Shown: piece after piece, positions 36,175 through 45,663 of the stretch
Position numbering within the stretch: position 1 is the first letter of the stretch
Layout: each line of letters starts with the position of its first letter
NCBI GenBank assembly: GCA_965230915.1
Contig: OZ246395.1
Span: 536,935 to 600,934, forward strand
Length of the DNA stretch: 64,000 bases
Direction of reading: 5' to 3'
Source of the DNA: an uncultured Candidatus Saccharibacteria bacterium
GTDB taxonomy: Bacteria; Patescibacteriota; WWE3; 2-01-FULL-39-13
Notes under the pieces: model-generated
Database searches by the model: none
Seen by the model: the letters and a program-made list of their open reading frames with translations, nothing else
Told to the model about the DNA's origin: nothing
Position numbers and translations under genes: made by a program

Positions 36175-37476
36175 TTAATTATTCATTTGCTCTATTAGAA
36201 GTTTTCTGGCGACAGCAGCATCGGCCTTTCCGCGCGATTCTTTCATAACCTGTCCGATTAAGAATTGTAATGAATTTTCGTTTCCATTATTATAGTCACT
36301 TACCGCTTTTTCGTTTGCAGCAATTACTTTATCGATTATTTCCATTAATGCGCCTTCGTCTGTGACTTTATCGGCTGATTTTGATTTTTCTAGCTCGATT
36401 ATTTCTGCGGCCGTTTTATCTTTATATTCTGCAATATTTATTACCAAATTTGCGGCTTTTGCATCGGTAATTCCACCTAAAACCAATTCGTTATATTTTG
36501 TGAATAAATTTGTATCGTTAATTAAAACTTCGATATTTTGTTTACCTAAACCTTTTGATAATAGTTGTTCACGTTTTTCATGTGGAAGCTCAGGCATTGA
36601 ATTTTTAATCTCGCTCATCCATACGTCATCAATTTCAATCGGGGGAATATCCGGATCGGGAAAATATCTGTAATCGTTCGCTTCTTCTTTGCTTCTTTGT
36701 GTAAAAGTCTGGCCGGTAGTTTCGTTGTAACCGCGAGTTTCCTGATCAAGTTTTTCTCCTTTTTCTAAAGCTTCAGACTGGCGCTTCATTTCATAATCGA
36801 GTGCTTTTTTCATAAAGCCAAAAGAATTTATATTTTTTAACTCAACTCGATAATTTGGAAGCTCAGTCTCTCCAACTTTTCGCATGGAAATATTTGCTTC
36901 TAAACGCATATGGCCTTTTTCCATATCCGCTTCGCTGATTCCTAAAGTTCGTGCTAGTAATTGAATTTCTTTGCAGTAAGTTACGGCATCTTCGATAGAA
37001 TGAAAATCCGGTTCAGTTACTATCTCAAGTAGCGGAACTCCGGCTTTGTTGTAATCTAGATAAGTTTTGTTGCCTTTATGCTGAGATTTTCCGGTATCTT
37101 CTTCTAAATGGACTTCACGTAATCGAATTTTTAGCCCATCTTTAAAATAAGAAAGTTCGATTGATCCGCCAACTCCAACAGCATAATGCGGACAAGTAAT
37201 TTGATACCCCTTTGGCAAATCTGGATAAAAATAGTTTTTACGCTCGAAAATAATTTTATTATTTAAGGTGGAGTTCATAGCGAGCGCAAACTTTTGGGCA
37301 GACATAAGCGCCAACTTATTTGGAACTGGCATAGCTCCAGGTAGCCCCAAACAAACTGGTGTTACATTATGATTTGCTTCACTAAAAAATGGATCGTTTT
37401 TTGCACGACTAAACATTTTATAATCACTCTTTAATTGCATGTGGATTTCGAGTCCAAGTACTAGTTCGTAGTTCAT
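36175..37476 (-). CDS. gatB: Asp/Glu-tRNA(Asn/Gln) amidotransferase subunit B
   Basis: Start placed at MNYELVLGLEIHMQL (GatB N-terminus). The track ORF has a 40-aa hydrophobic extension upstream. C-terminal YqeY-like tail present. Confidence 0.9.
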   Translation of the reverse strand: MNYELVLGLEIHMQLKSDYKMFSRAKNDPFFSEANHNVTPVCLGLPGAMPVPNKLALMSAQKFALAMNSTLNNKIIFERKNYFYPDLPKGYQITCPHYAVGVGGSIELSYFKDGLKIRLREVHLEEDTGKSQHKGNKTYLDYNKAGVPLLEIVTEPDFHSIEDAVTYCKEIQLLARTLGISEADMEKGHMRLEANISMRKVGETELPNYRVELKNINSFGFMKKALDYEMKRQSEALEKGEKLDQETRGYNETTGQTFTQRSKEEANDYRYFPDPDIPPIEIDDVWMSEIKNSMPELPHEKREQLLSKGLGKQNIEVLINDTNLFTKYNELVLGGITDAKAANLVINIAEYKDKTAAEIIELEKSKSADKVTDEGALMEIIDKVIAANEKAVSDYNNGNENSLQFLIGQVMKESRGKADAAVARKLLIEQMNN

Positions 37477-37820
37477 TTTTTGGATTTTAAATATATGAAT
37501 AACAAAAAATGTAAAATAATATAAGTAGAATAGAATATTATTATCCCGGTAATAACTGGCATAAATATATCCCAAGTTAATACACCAAAAACGCACCTTT
37601 CGTAATAATTAGCATCTCTACAATAATAATTATCAATTATTGATGTCCCATAAGAGAAAATACTAGTTATTAATAAAAGCAGAATAGAAAAAATACTAAA
37701 GCGTATTAATCCAATTTCTTTTTTTAAATTTAAAAAAGATATCAATGGAACTGAAATAATTGATAGGAATAATATTATGAGAAACACACCCTGAACAACA
37801 TCCATAGATATTCCCATCAT
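37473..37820 (-). CDS. small polytopic membrane protein (115 aa) inserted between gatA and gatB
   Basis: Its ATG overlaps the gatA stop (ATGA) and its TGA overlaps the gatB ATG (ATGA). GGAGG sits 9 nt upstream of the ATG, inside the gatA 3' end. About 3 TM helices. Confidence 0.5.
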   Translation of the reverse strand: MMGISMDVVQGVFLIILFLSIISVPLISFLNLKKEIGLIRFSIFSILLLLITSIFSYGTSIIDNYYCRDANYYERCVFGVLTWDIFMPVITGIIIFYSTYIILHFLLFIYLKSKK

Positions 37821-39229
37821 TTAGCCCTCCTCTCACCAAACTTAATCTCCTGCTCATAGGCATAACCAACCTTAAACAATAATCCTTCTGTAAAATGATC
37901 TCCAATAAGTTGAATTCCGATTGGCAAATTTTCTTTGCTAAAACCAGCTGGAACCGATAACGCTGGTAATCCTGCTAAATTAACAGGAACAGTCAAAATA
38001 TCCATCAAATACATTTTAATTGGGTCTTCAGTATTCTCTCCAATTTTTGGCGGAAGTACTGGCGAAACCGGTCCTAAAATTACATCAACTTCTTTAAATG
38101 CTTTTTTGAAATCTTCAATAATTAGTGTTCGAACTTTTTGTGCTTTTAAATAATATGCATCGTAAAACCCTGCTGATAATGTATAAGTCCCAAGCATTAT
38201 TCTGCGTTTTGCTTCATCGCCGAATTTATCGCGACCGTGACCGAATCGGATTCCATCAAAACGCCCTAAGTTTGAAGAAACTTCACTCGGCGTGACTATA
38301 TAATAGACAGCCAACGCATATTCACTTGTTGGCAGAGAAATCTCTTTTATTTCTGCCCCAAGTTCTTTAAATTTTCCGATAGCATCTTTAGTTGCTTGTA
38401 AAACTTCAGTATCAACTGCATCGGATAAATATTCTTTTGGAATTCCAATTTTTAAACCTTTGACTCCATCTTTTATATTCGCTAAGTAATCTGGAATATT
38501 TTCTTTTGAAGAAGTTGCATCATTCGGATCAAACCCTGCAGTAATTTGCAAAACTCGAGCTGAATCCTCAACTGTTTTTGTAATATGCCCAACCGAATCT
38601 AAAGATGATGCCATTGCAATTACTCCATACCTCGAAACTCTTCCATATGTTGGTTTTATAGCAACGGTATTTGTAAATGAAGCTGGATTTCGTAAAGATC
38701 CACCGGTGTCAGTTCCGGTTGAAACAACTGTGAAATCTGAAGCAACCGAAGCGCCAGTTCCACTTGAAGATCCACCGGCAACTCGTGATAAATCATATGG
38801 ATTTTTAGTAGCTCCAAAATCGCTATTTTCACCACTAGCACCGTGCGCGAATGCATCGCAATTTAATTTTCCTAAAACGATTGCGCCTGCAGCTGCAATT
38901 TTGCGAACAACAGTTGCATCGTAAGGCGGAATATATCCTTTTAAAATGTTTGATGCAGCAGTTGTTTCAATGCCTTTTGTAGAAATAATATCTTTATGCC
39001 CGAATGGAATTCCAAGTAACGGTTTTTCTACAAACAATTTTTCTAAATCTGAAGACGATGCAATGAGCTCATCAACATTTTTAGCTTCTGCTCTCGCTGA
39101 ATCAAAAGTTTTAGTTATAAATGAATTAATTTCACCATCTTTGGCTTCAATATTTGAAATGTATTTTTCGATTAATTCTGAGGCAGTAATTTCTTTTGAC
39201 TTTAGTTTCTCTATTAAGTCTGAAATCAT
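37817..39229 (-). CDS. gatA: Glu-tRNA(Gln)/Asp-tRNA(Asn) amidotransferase subunit A (amidase signature family)
   Basis: 470 aa. Amidase signature GGSSSGTGASVAS. 4-nt overlap with gatC. Confidence 0.95.
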   Translation of the reverse strand: MISDLIEKLKSKEITASELIEKYISNIEAKDGEINSFITKTFDSARAEAKNVDELIASSSDLEKLFVEKPLLGIPFGHKDIISTKGIETTAASNILKGYIPPYDATVVRKIAAAGAIVLGKLNCDAFAHGASGENSDFGATKNPYDLSRVAGGSSSGTGASVASDFTVVSTGTDTGGSLRNPASFTNTVAIKPTYGRVSRYGVIAMASSLDSVGHITKTVEDSARVLQITAGFDPNDATSSKENIPDYLANIKDGVKGLKIGIPKEYLSDAVDTEVLQATKDAIGKFKELGAEIKEISLPTSEYALAVYYIVTPSEVSSNLGRFDGIRFGHGRDKFGDEAKRRIMLGTYTLSAGFYDAYYLKAQKVRTLIIEDFKKAFKEVDVILGPVSPVLPPKIGENTEDPIKMYLMDILTVPVNLAGLPALSVPAGFSKENLPIGIQLIGDHFTEGLLFKVGYAYEQEIKFGERRAK

Positions 39230-39510
39230 AAAACTGCTCCCGTTAAAATGTACTTACCATCTTTTTCTTTCGCATTTTTGGTGACATCGTTAACATCTAA
39301 TGCATTATCCATTCCGTCTTCTTGAAATCTGTTTTTTAAATCGCCTATTGGATGAAAGGTCGGTTCAACGTTCGAAGTATCGACTTCTTTAAGTTTATCT
39401 ACATAATCGAGGATCGGAGATAACTGCACCCGATACTTTTCGATTTGTTCATCTGTTAAATTTAGCCGGGCAAGTTTGGCGATGTGTAAGGTCTCTTCTT
39501 TGGTCAACAT
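39226..39510 (-). CDS. gatC: amidotransferase subunit C
   Basis: 94 aa. LTKEETLHIAKLARLNLTDEQIEKYRVQLSPILDYVDKL is the GatC pattern. First gene of a gatC-gatA-(orf115)-gatB operon. Confidence 0.85.
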   Translation of the reverse strand: MLTKEETLHIAKLARLNLTDEQIEKYRVQLSPILDYVDKLKEVDTSNVEPTFHPIGDLKNRFQEDGMDNALDVNDVTKNAKEKDGKYILTGAVL

Positions 39511-39519
39511 AAGTTTGTC

Positions 39520-40413
39520 TCACATAGATTTTAAACGCTTAATGCGTTCTTGAACAGGAGGATGTGTATTAAAAAGGTTGGCAAACCAATCCGAATTAAC
39601 TCCTTTTTGTAATGGGTTTTCGAAATATAGGTGGGCTGTAGCTTCGTTCGCTACTTCTAATGGCTCGCGGTCTGCAGCAATCTTCTCCAATGCAGAAGCT
39701 AAAGCTTCAGGGTCACGTGTTAATAAGGCTCCAGACGCATCAGCCAAAAACTCTCGGCTTCTTGATACGGCTGCTTTTATTAGCTGGGCAATTATCGGAC
39801 TAAAAATAGCTGCGAGTAAGGCAATAACAGCGAAAATTGCCCCACCAGATCTTCGATTTCCGCCCAAATTTGTTCTCAAAAAGATATTACCGATTAAAGT
39901 TATAGAACCAACTAAAACTGCAACAATAGTCATTAATCGAATATCATAATTTTGAATATGAGAAAGCTCATGAGATAAAACTCCTTCTATCTCGCGTCTA
40001 TCTAATTTATCTAAAAGCCCAGTTGTAACGGCAACAACTGCGTGTTCTGGATCTCGACCTGTTGCAAAAGCATTAGGAGCCGAGTCATTTATTATATATA
40101 GATCAGGAATCTTCTTTAAACCAGCTCCAATACAAAGATTCTCTAAAACCCCATAAATTTGTGGCGACTGCTCGCGGCCGACTTTTTGTGCACCGGCTAT
40201 GCTTAAAACCGCTTTATCTGAAAAATAAAAACTCCAAAGAGAAGTTAGAGTTGACCCAATAACAGCTATCACCATAAAAGATAGACCGGCACCAGAGCCT
40301 GCGTAAACTTCGCCAAAGATATATCCCAAAAATGAGATAACAGCAATAAATAGTGCCATTATCATAAAAGTCTTACGTTTATTTGAAGCAATTTGTTCGT
40401 AAATAGTCATCAT
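39520..40413 (-). CDS. htpX: zinc metalloprotease HtpX (M48)
   Basis: HELSHIQNYD (HExxH) with flanking TM helices and an M48 layout. Confidence 0.9.
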   Translation of the reverse strand: MMTIYEQIASNKRKTFMIMALFIAVISFLGYIFGEVYAGSGAGLSFMVIAVIGSTLTSLWSFYFSDKAVLSIAGAQKVGREQSPQIYGVLENLCIGAGLKKIPDLYIINDSAPNAFATGRDPEHAVVAVTTGLLDKLDRREIEGVLSHELSHIQNYDIRLMTIVAVLVGSITLIGNIFLRTNLGGNRRSGGAIFAVIALLAAIFSPIIAQLIKAAVSRSREFLADASGALLTRDPEALASALEKIAADREPLEVANEATAHLYFENPLQKGVNSDWFANLFNTHPPVQERIKRLKSM

Positions 40414-40449
40414 AATGCTCTAAATAGGATTCTATGGAGCAATGAAGTT

Positions 40450-41028
40450 TTATTGTTTCTTATCGAAGTTGATTTTAATATCTTGTTTTTCTTCTTCAGT
40501 TGCAGCAAAAAATTCCTCTTGTTTAAAACCTAGCATTCCGGCGATTACTACTGCTGGAAATAGATTTATTTGTGTATTATAGGCCAAAACATTAGAATTA
40601 TAAAATCTTCTTGAATAGGAAATCTTTTCTTCTATATCGGTAACTTTATCCATTAAACTTGCTAGTTCTCCGTGAGATTTAATATCTGGATAAGCTTCAA
40701 CCTGAACTTTAATATCGCGAACAGCACTAGAAATCTGATTTTCTAATTTAGCACGTTCTTCTGGATGAACACCTTTTGCGGCGTCTTCCATAGCACGACT
40801 TCTAAGTTCGGTAACTTTTGTAAGAATATCTTCATCAACGGCGACTGCTTTTTCAGCTGTGGCGATAAGGTCAGGCAAAAGATCGTATCTTTTCTTTAAT
40901 TGCACATCGATGTCTGCCCAAGCTTCTTTTACTCTCATTCTAAGAGTTACAAGCGAGTTGTATGTCATCCACACGAAAACTAAAATTATTAAAGGAATTA
41001 CAATTATTAAGATTAAACCTGTGTCCAT
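40450..41028 (-). CDS. lemA: LemA family protein
   Basis: N-terminal TM helix then the LemA-like segment NSLVTLRMRVKEAWADIDVQLKKRYDLLPDLIATAEKA. Directly upstream of htpX, a common LemA-HtpX pairing. Confidence 0.85.
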   Translation of the reverse strand: MDTGLILIIVIPLIILVFVWMTYNSLVTLRMRVKEAWADIDVQLKKRYDLLPDLIATAEKAVAVDEDILTKVTELRSRAMEDAAKGVHPEERAKLENQISSAVRDIKVQVEAYPDIKSHGELASLMDKVTDIEEKISYSRRFYNSNVLAYNTQINLFPAVVIAGMLGFKQEEFFAATEEEKQDIKINFDKKQ

Positions 41029-41092
41029 CTTTTTATAGTAAATAAAATAACTAGATTGATTTTACCACATACAACAAAGAAAATTTTAGATT

Positions 41093-42661
41093 TTAGGCAA
41101 TTTTTAATTTACTAAAATCTAATGGATTATCCTGTCGAAATTCCAAATGTAACTTTACCGCTGTTTCTGCACGTTCGAATTGACGCCCCATATAAAAGGC
41201 ATTTCCTAAAGTTGAAACTGCTAAATCAGTATCAATCATAAAACTTAATTTGCGTGCTGCATTTTGTTCTTTACCGTCAATTTCCCACGATTTTAATTCA
41301 ACATTTCCGTCAGGAGAAATTAATTTCACTTTAATCATATCTTCTACAGTTTCGACAATTAAATTCCCACGTGGATCCCATTCGCAATATCCGCCATAGT
41401 TACTTAAAAGTTTTTCCATATCTGCGAAGTTATGTTCATATACATGTGCCATATTCGAAATTGTTATCATTGACCCCATTTCAACCATTAATTCATCTGC
41501 AATATTTTTTTGCAATTTACGAAGGGCAAATGCATTTAGCGGCCAAGCATTATACATATCATTGCTTCTAAAATAACAAGTCATCGTGAGTTTGCCTTGA
41601 TATATTTGGCATTGAATTAAAAATAAACATGGAATTTTTTTCGAAGGTCGTTGTGGGAAAATGTCCGTAAAAGTATTCCCTAAAAATGCCATCGCACCTT
41701 TGTCGTATGGAAAATTTTTTAATTTGCGAACGATCGCAACGGAAACCTGGTCAATACCTCCACCTTTATTAAAATATTTTTGAAAGCGATCAATTTTTAG
41801 CCACGGATAAATTTCTTTTAATTCTTTAATTTCTTTGTGAGCATAATTAAAAAGTCTTTCGCCGTAAGTGTAGTCTTCAGTATGTGGATCAGGATCAAAA
41901 AATCCTTTTATATAGTTATCCAGATCATCTTTATTAAATGGCATATATTCCGGGATATTCCACTTATCAGGGTTTTCTTCAGTTATAACTGCAGTCAAAT
42001 TTAAAATCTCTTTTAATTTATTTGAGGTGTCAGAAACATAATTTATAACAGGTTCGGATTCTAGTCCAAACATAGACACATGTTTTAAAATTGAAAGATA
42101 AGCTTCAGCTATTGTAGTTCGGCGAATTTTTATTAAGTCAATTTCAGATGGGTAAGTAGAAACTTGAGGCTTTGGAGGATCAGGGAATGTTTCGGAATCA
42201 GACCAAAGTTTTTCAAATTTGATTAATTCGATAGTAGTTTTTAGTTGAACCAATTTATCCGGACCACGCAAATCAATTAATTTAACATTTTCACGAAATT
42301 TATTTATGGCTTCTAGCGGAATTTCTTTTTCGATTTCGGCAGTATCATCACCGACAACTTTGTAATCTTCGGTGATTCCATCTCGCATTAATTTTACAAA
42401 TGCTTCACCTGATTCCATCAAATCATTTCCGCATAAATATATTGTATTTATAAATGGATTCGCCAAAACATTTCTTATTAAATAGTTGATTCCTTTTTTT
42501 GTGTAGAGTTGGCCGAGAATAGAATAATTTTCTTTTTCAACTAATCGTTCGATTGCTTCTTTTGGAGTCCATAAACATGCGATAGCGACTGATGATTCCA
42601 AGTTAGAAATTGTTAAGCGGTCTTTAAAATAAATTGGCCAAACTTCTGGTGCGTCACTCAT
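41093..42661 (-). CDS. thymidylate-synthase-family enzyme (ThyA-like core) with ~180-aa N-terminal extension of unknown function
   Basis: C-terminal ~340 aa carry TS motifs: IDQVSVAIVRKLKNFPYDKG, the catalytic-Cys region IPCLFLIQCQIYQGKLT..YFRSNDMYNAWPLNAFALRKL, and ISNMAHVYEHN. The N-terminal 180 aa lack DHFR motifs. Confidence 0.7.
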   Translation of the reverse strand: MSDAPEVWPIYFKDRLTISNLESSVAIACLWTPKEAIERLVEKENYSILGQLYTKKGINYLIRNVLANPFINTIYLCGNDLMESGEAFVKLMRDGITEDYKVVGDDTAEIEKEIPLEAINKFRENVKLIDLRGPDKLVQLKTTIELIKFEKLWSDSETFPDPPKPQVSTYPSEIDLIKIRRTTIAEAYLSILKHVSMFGLESEPVINYVSDTSNKLKEILNLTAVITEENPDKWNIPEYMPFNKDDLDNYIKGFFDPDPHTEDYTYGERLFNYAHKEIKELKEIYPWLKIDRFQKYFNKGGGIDQVSVAIVRKLKNFPYDKGAMAFLGNTFTDIFPQRPSKKIPCLFLIQCQIYQGKLTMTCYFRSNDMYNAWPLNAFALRKLQKNIADELMVEMGSMITISNMAHVYEHNFADMEKLLSNYGGYCEWDPRGNLIVETVEDMIKVKLISPDGNVELKSWEIDGKEQNAARKLSFMIDTDLAVSTLGNAFYMGRQFERAETAVKLHLEFRQDNPLDFSKLKIA

Positions 42662-42743
42662 CTATGGCAGTGTATATGAAAATTTTTCCTGTGTTAAGAA
42701 GTGATCATGAGATCGTCTCCTTAACACAGGAAGGTATTTGGAG

Positions 42744-43112
42744 CTATGCGGCAGCTCTTAGGGGTTCTTGCTCAAGAACTCTACATGCCATTGGAGAATG
42801 GTCGTCCTCAGGGTCGCCATTTTCCTCAAAGAGAGTCCCGCCATTTTCATTGGCGAAATTTTGAATTGCCTCAAGGGCATTGTGCCTTGCAGCATGTGTT
42901 AACCCCTCTCGCTCGAAGATTGCTACAGCCTGCAACATAGCTGGATTTGTACCTGGCGAATCATTCTCATTTTTCCTCGTCAGCAAAAAAATAAGGGCGG
43001 CACGCACAAGTTGCTTTGCAGGATCCCTTGGCTGCGTTTGCTGCATGATTTCACCTAGCGTTATTTCAGGGGTATCCTTTTTTGGAGCTTTACTCTTCTT
43101 GGAACTGCCCAT
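42744..43112 (-). CDS. hypothetical protein (122 aa), locally GC-rich
   Basis: AGGAG 9 nt upstream of the ATG. Composition is atypical for the window (Ala/Pro/Glu-rich, GC-rich codons). Confidence 0.45.
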   Translation of the reverse strand: MGSSKKSKAPKKDTPEITLGEIMQQTQPRDPAKQLVRAALIFLLTRKNENDSPGTNPAMLQAVAIFEREGLTHAARHNALEAIQNFANENGGTLFEENGDPEDDHSPMACRVLEQEPLRAAA

Positions 43113-43166
43113 TGGGGTATTCTCCTATCTAAAAATGTTTAACAGCGATTGTTAAAACTGCCAAAA

Positions 43167-43886
43167 TTATATCGTGGTTTTTTGCAAAATGAAGTAGTCA
43201 TTTAAGTTGTTATTTTTGCCATCGGCTGAAAATCGCGAGACCAATTCTAATCCGGTTGATTCTATAATCTTAGTCATTTCATCTTCACTATATATATGCA
43301 CATACCGATAGGCATCAGATTTATTCCATCCAATAATATAGTCGTTTTCTTCAAGCTCTAGATTCAAAAACTTCTCATTTTGAGGATCAAACCGTTCATC
43401 GCGGTTGTAATTCCATGTCGTAAAAACAAATATGCCATTAGGATTTAATAAATTTGCGACGTCACAGAACCATTTGCGGCGAAAGTCATAAGAGGGGATA
43501 TGATGAACAAGGCCAAAGGCAAAAACCAGGTCAAACTTCTTATTAATTTTTTCTAAATCAGTCAAAATATCCAACTGCTCAAAGTTGCCAGATCCGACGT
43601 CGTAATGTTTAGCAGGGGAGTTTAATAAAAATTTATCTGAGTCATAACCATAATATTCGTAATCTTCTAGGTTATGGTCCAATAAAAACTTCAAAAAACG
43701 GCCATTTCCGCAGCCTAAATCAGCAATTTCTTCAAATCCATCGAATCGACTCATTTCGACTAAAGTTTCCCAGACTTTTTCCCAACCTGGCCAGGCCGAT
43801 TGTCTGGTTTTGTCGAATTCTCCACCAATTTTTTGGTAAAAATCTTTATTTAACTGGATAATTTCATTAAATGCTCTAAAATTCAC
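43167..43886 (-). CDS. class I SAM-dependent methyltransferase
   Basis: Motif I DLGCGNGRFL and motif II-like LVFAFGLVHH. Confidence 0.8.
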   Translation of the reverse strand: MNFRAFNEIIQLNKDFYQKIGGEFDKTRQSAWPGWEKVWETLVEMSRFDGFEEIADLGCGNGRFLKFLLDHNLEDYEYYGYDSDKFLLNSPAKHYDVGSGNFEQLDILTDLEKINKKFDLVFAFGLVHHIPSYDFRRKWFCDVANLLNPNGIFVFTTWNYNRDERFDPQNEKFLNLELEENDYIIGWNKSDAYRYVHIYSEDEMTKIIESTGLELVSRFSADGKNNNLNDYFILQKTTI

Positions 43887-43890
43887 CGTA

Positions 43891-45663
43891 ATGGCTAAAA
43901 CCTACTATATAGACGTAAAATCGCATAAAGACTCACTGATTTCAATTATAGAAGAATTGGGCGAATTAGAAAGCACAACCGACCGTGATATAAGAAAAGT
44001 CTTTAGAAAGTATCCCAAAAACGACAATGGATTATTCAAAAAAAGCGATATCGCCTATGCATTTGAACAATTCGAAGAAGACGGTGAATTAGATTTAAGT
44101 ACTGAAAAATCTGACAAAGTTAAACAGATTCTAAAAATGAAAGCCACTCGAACAATTTCAGGAGTGACCCCGGTGACTGTTTTAACAAAACCATTCCCCT
44201 GCCCCGGCAAATGTATTTTTTGCCCGAATGACGTACGCATGCCAAAAAGCTATCTTTCAGATGAACCAGGCGCACAACGTGCAACTAGGAACCGTTTTGA
44301 TCCATATGCACAAACATACAACCGTTTGCTAGCTTACAAAGCAATGGGACATCCGACTGACAAAATTGAATTAATAATTCTTGGTGGAACATGGACTTCA
44401 TACCCCGAAACTTATCAAATTTGGTTTGTGAAAAGGTGTTTTGATGCAATGAATGATTTTTCACAAATAACAGCCGATGACATTTATGATTCCGAGCCCG
44501 ATACACCATTTGATGAAAATTCGCTCGAAGAAATACATGGCGAGAAAATTGATAAAAGTTATAACCTAGTTGTTTCTACAGCACTAATACCAAAACGTGA
44601 ACAAGCTAAAACTGAAACAGCAACGTGGGAAGAATTATTCGAATCACAAAATAAAAATGTTGATGGCGAAAATAGATGTGTCGGATTAGTTATCGAAACG
44701 CGCCCTGATGAAATAAACGAAACCGAAGTAATTCGAATTAGAAAACTTGGAGCAACTAAAACACAAATAGGATTCCAAAGCTTAAGCGACAAAGTTTTAA
44801 CTTTAAATAAACGAGGACACGATGTGCAAACAACTCGCGATGCCGTAAATCTTTTACGAAAAGCAGGATTTAAGATTCACGCGCACTGGATGCCAAATTT
44901 ATTTGGATCAACTCCCAAGCTCGATATCGAAGATTTCGAAAAAATGTTTACAGACGGCGACTTCATGCCTGATGAATTAAAAGTTTATCCATGTTCATTA
45001 ATAGAAAGTGCTGAACTTATGGTCTATTACAAAAATGGACTATGGCGAGCATACACCGAAGAAGAACTTTTAGAAGTTTTAAAAAACGTTTATAAAAATA
45101 CAGCTGAATATTGCCGTATAACTAGAATGATTCGAGATATCGGATCTCAAGACATTGTTACCGGAAACAAAAAAACAAATTTGCGCGAACTAGTCGAACG
45201 TGAACTTGCAAAAGAGAATGCAAAAATAAAAGAAATTCGTTACCGCGAAATTAAAAATAAAAAAGTTAAAAAAGATGATTTGGAAATAAAAGTGGTTGAA
45301 TACGAAACTTCGGTTTCTAAAGAATATTTTTTGCAATACATTACAAAAGAAAATTTAATTGCAGGATTCTTACGTTTATCACTTCCAAAAAATCATAGCG
45401 AACACTTTATAAGCGAATTAAAAGATTCAGCAATAATTCGCGAAGTTCACATTTACGGAGAAAGCGTTGAAATCGGAAACACACAAGAAGGTAAACCACA
45501 ACATTTAGGTTTGGGCAAAACATTAATTGCAAAAGCAGAAGAGCTCGCAATAAAAAATAATTTCAAAAAAATATCAGTAATTTCTTCGATCGGAACTCGT
45601 AATTATTATAAAAAGTTGGGATACGAATTAGAAGATTTATATCAAACTAAACTTCTCAGTTAA
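43891..45663 (+). CDS. Elp3-like radical-SAM + GNAT protein (tRNA wobble-uridine modification family)
   Basis: CPGKCIFCPN Cys cluster. The following block (RATRNRFDPYAQTYNRLLAYKAMGHPTDKIELIILGGTWTSYPETY) aligns with eukaryotic/archaeal Elp3 ([36 protein letters not shown]). C-terminal GNAT fold (ISVISSIGTRNYYKKLGYE). Confidence 0.8.
   Translation: MAKTYYIDVKSHKDSLISIIEELGELESTTDRDIRKVFRKYPKNDNGLFKKSDIAYAFEQFEEDGELDLSTEKSDKVKQILKMKATRTISGVTPVTVLTKPFPCPGKCIFCPNDVRMPKSYLSDEPGAQRATRNRFDPYAQTYNRLLAYKAMGHPTDKIELIILGGTWTSYPETYQIWFVKRCFDAMNDFSQITADDIYDSEPDTPFDENSLEEIHGEKIDKSYNLVVSTALIPKREQAKTETATWEELFESQNKNVDGENRCVGLVIETRPDEINETEVIRIRKLGATKTQIGFQSLSDKVLTLNKRGHDVQTTRDAVNLLRKAGFKIHAHWMPNLFGSTPKLDIEDFEKMFTDGDFMPDELKVYPCSLIESAELMVYYKNGLWRAYTEEELLEVLKNVYKNTAEYCRITRMIRDIGSQDIVTGNKKTNLRELVERELAKENAKIKEIRYREIKNKKVKKDDLEIKVVEYETSVSKEYFLQYITKENLIAGFLRLSLPKNHSEHFISELKDSAIIREVHIYGESVEIGNTQEGKPQHLGLGKTLIAKAEELAIKNNFKKISVISSIGTRNYYKKLGYELEDLYQTKLLS

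Noticed and set aside
41093-42661. Bifunctional DHFR-TS, suggested by the 522-aa length
   Set aside because: The N-terminal domain has none of the DHFR motifs (no GRKT..S, no PLPxR).
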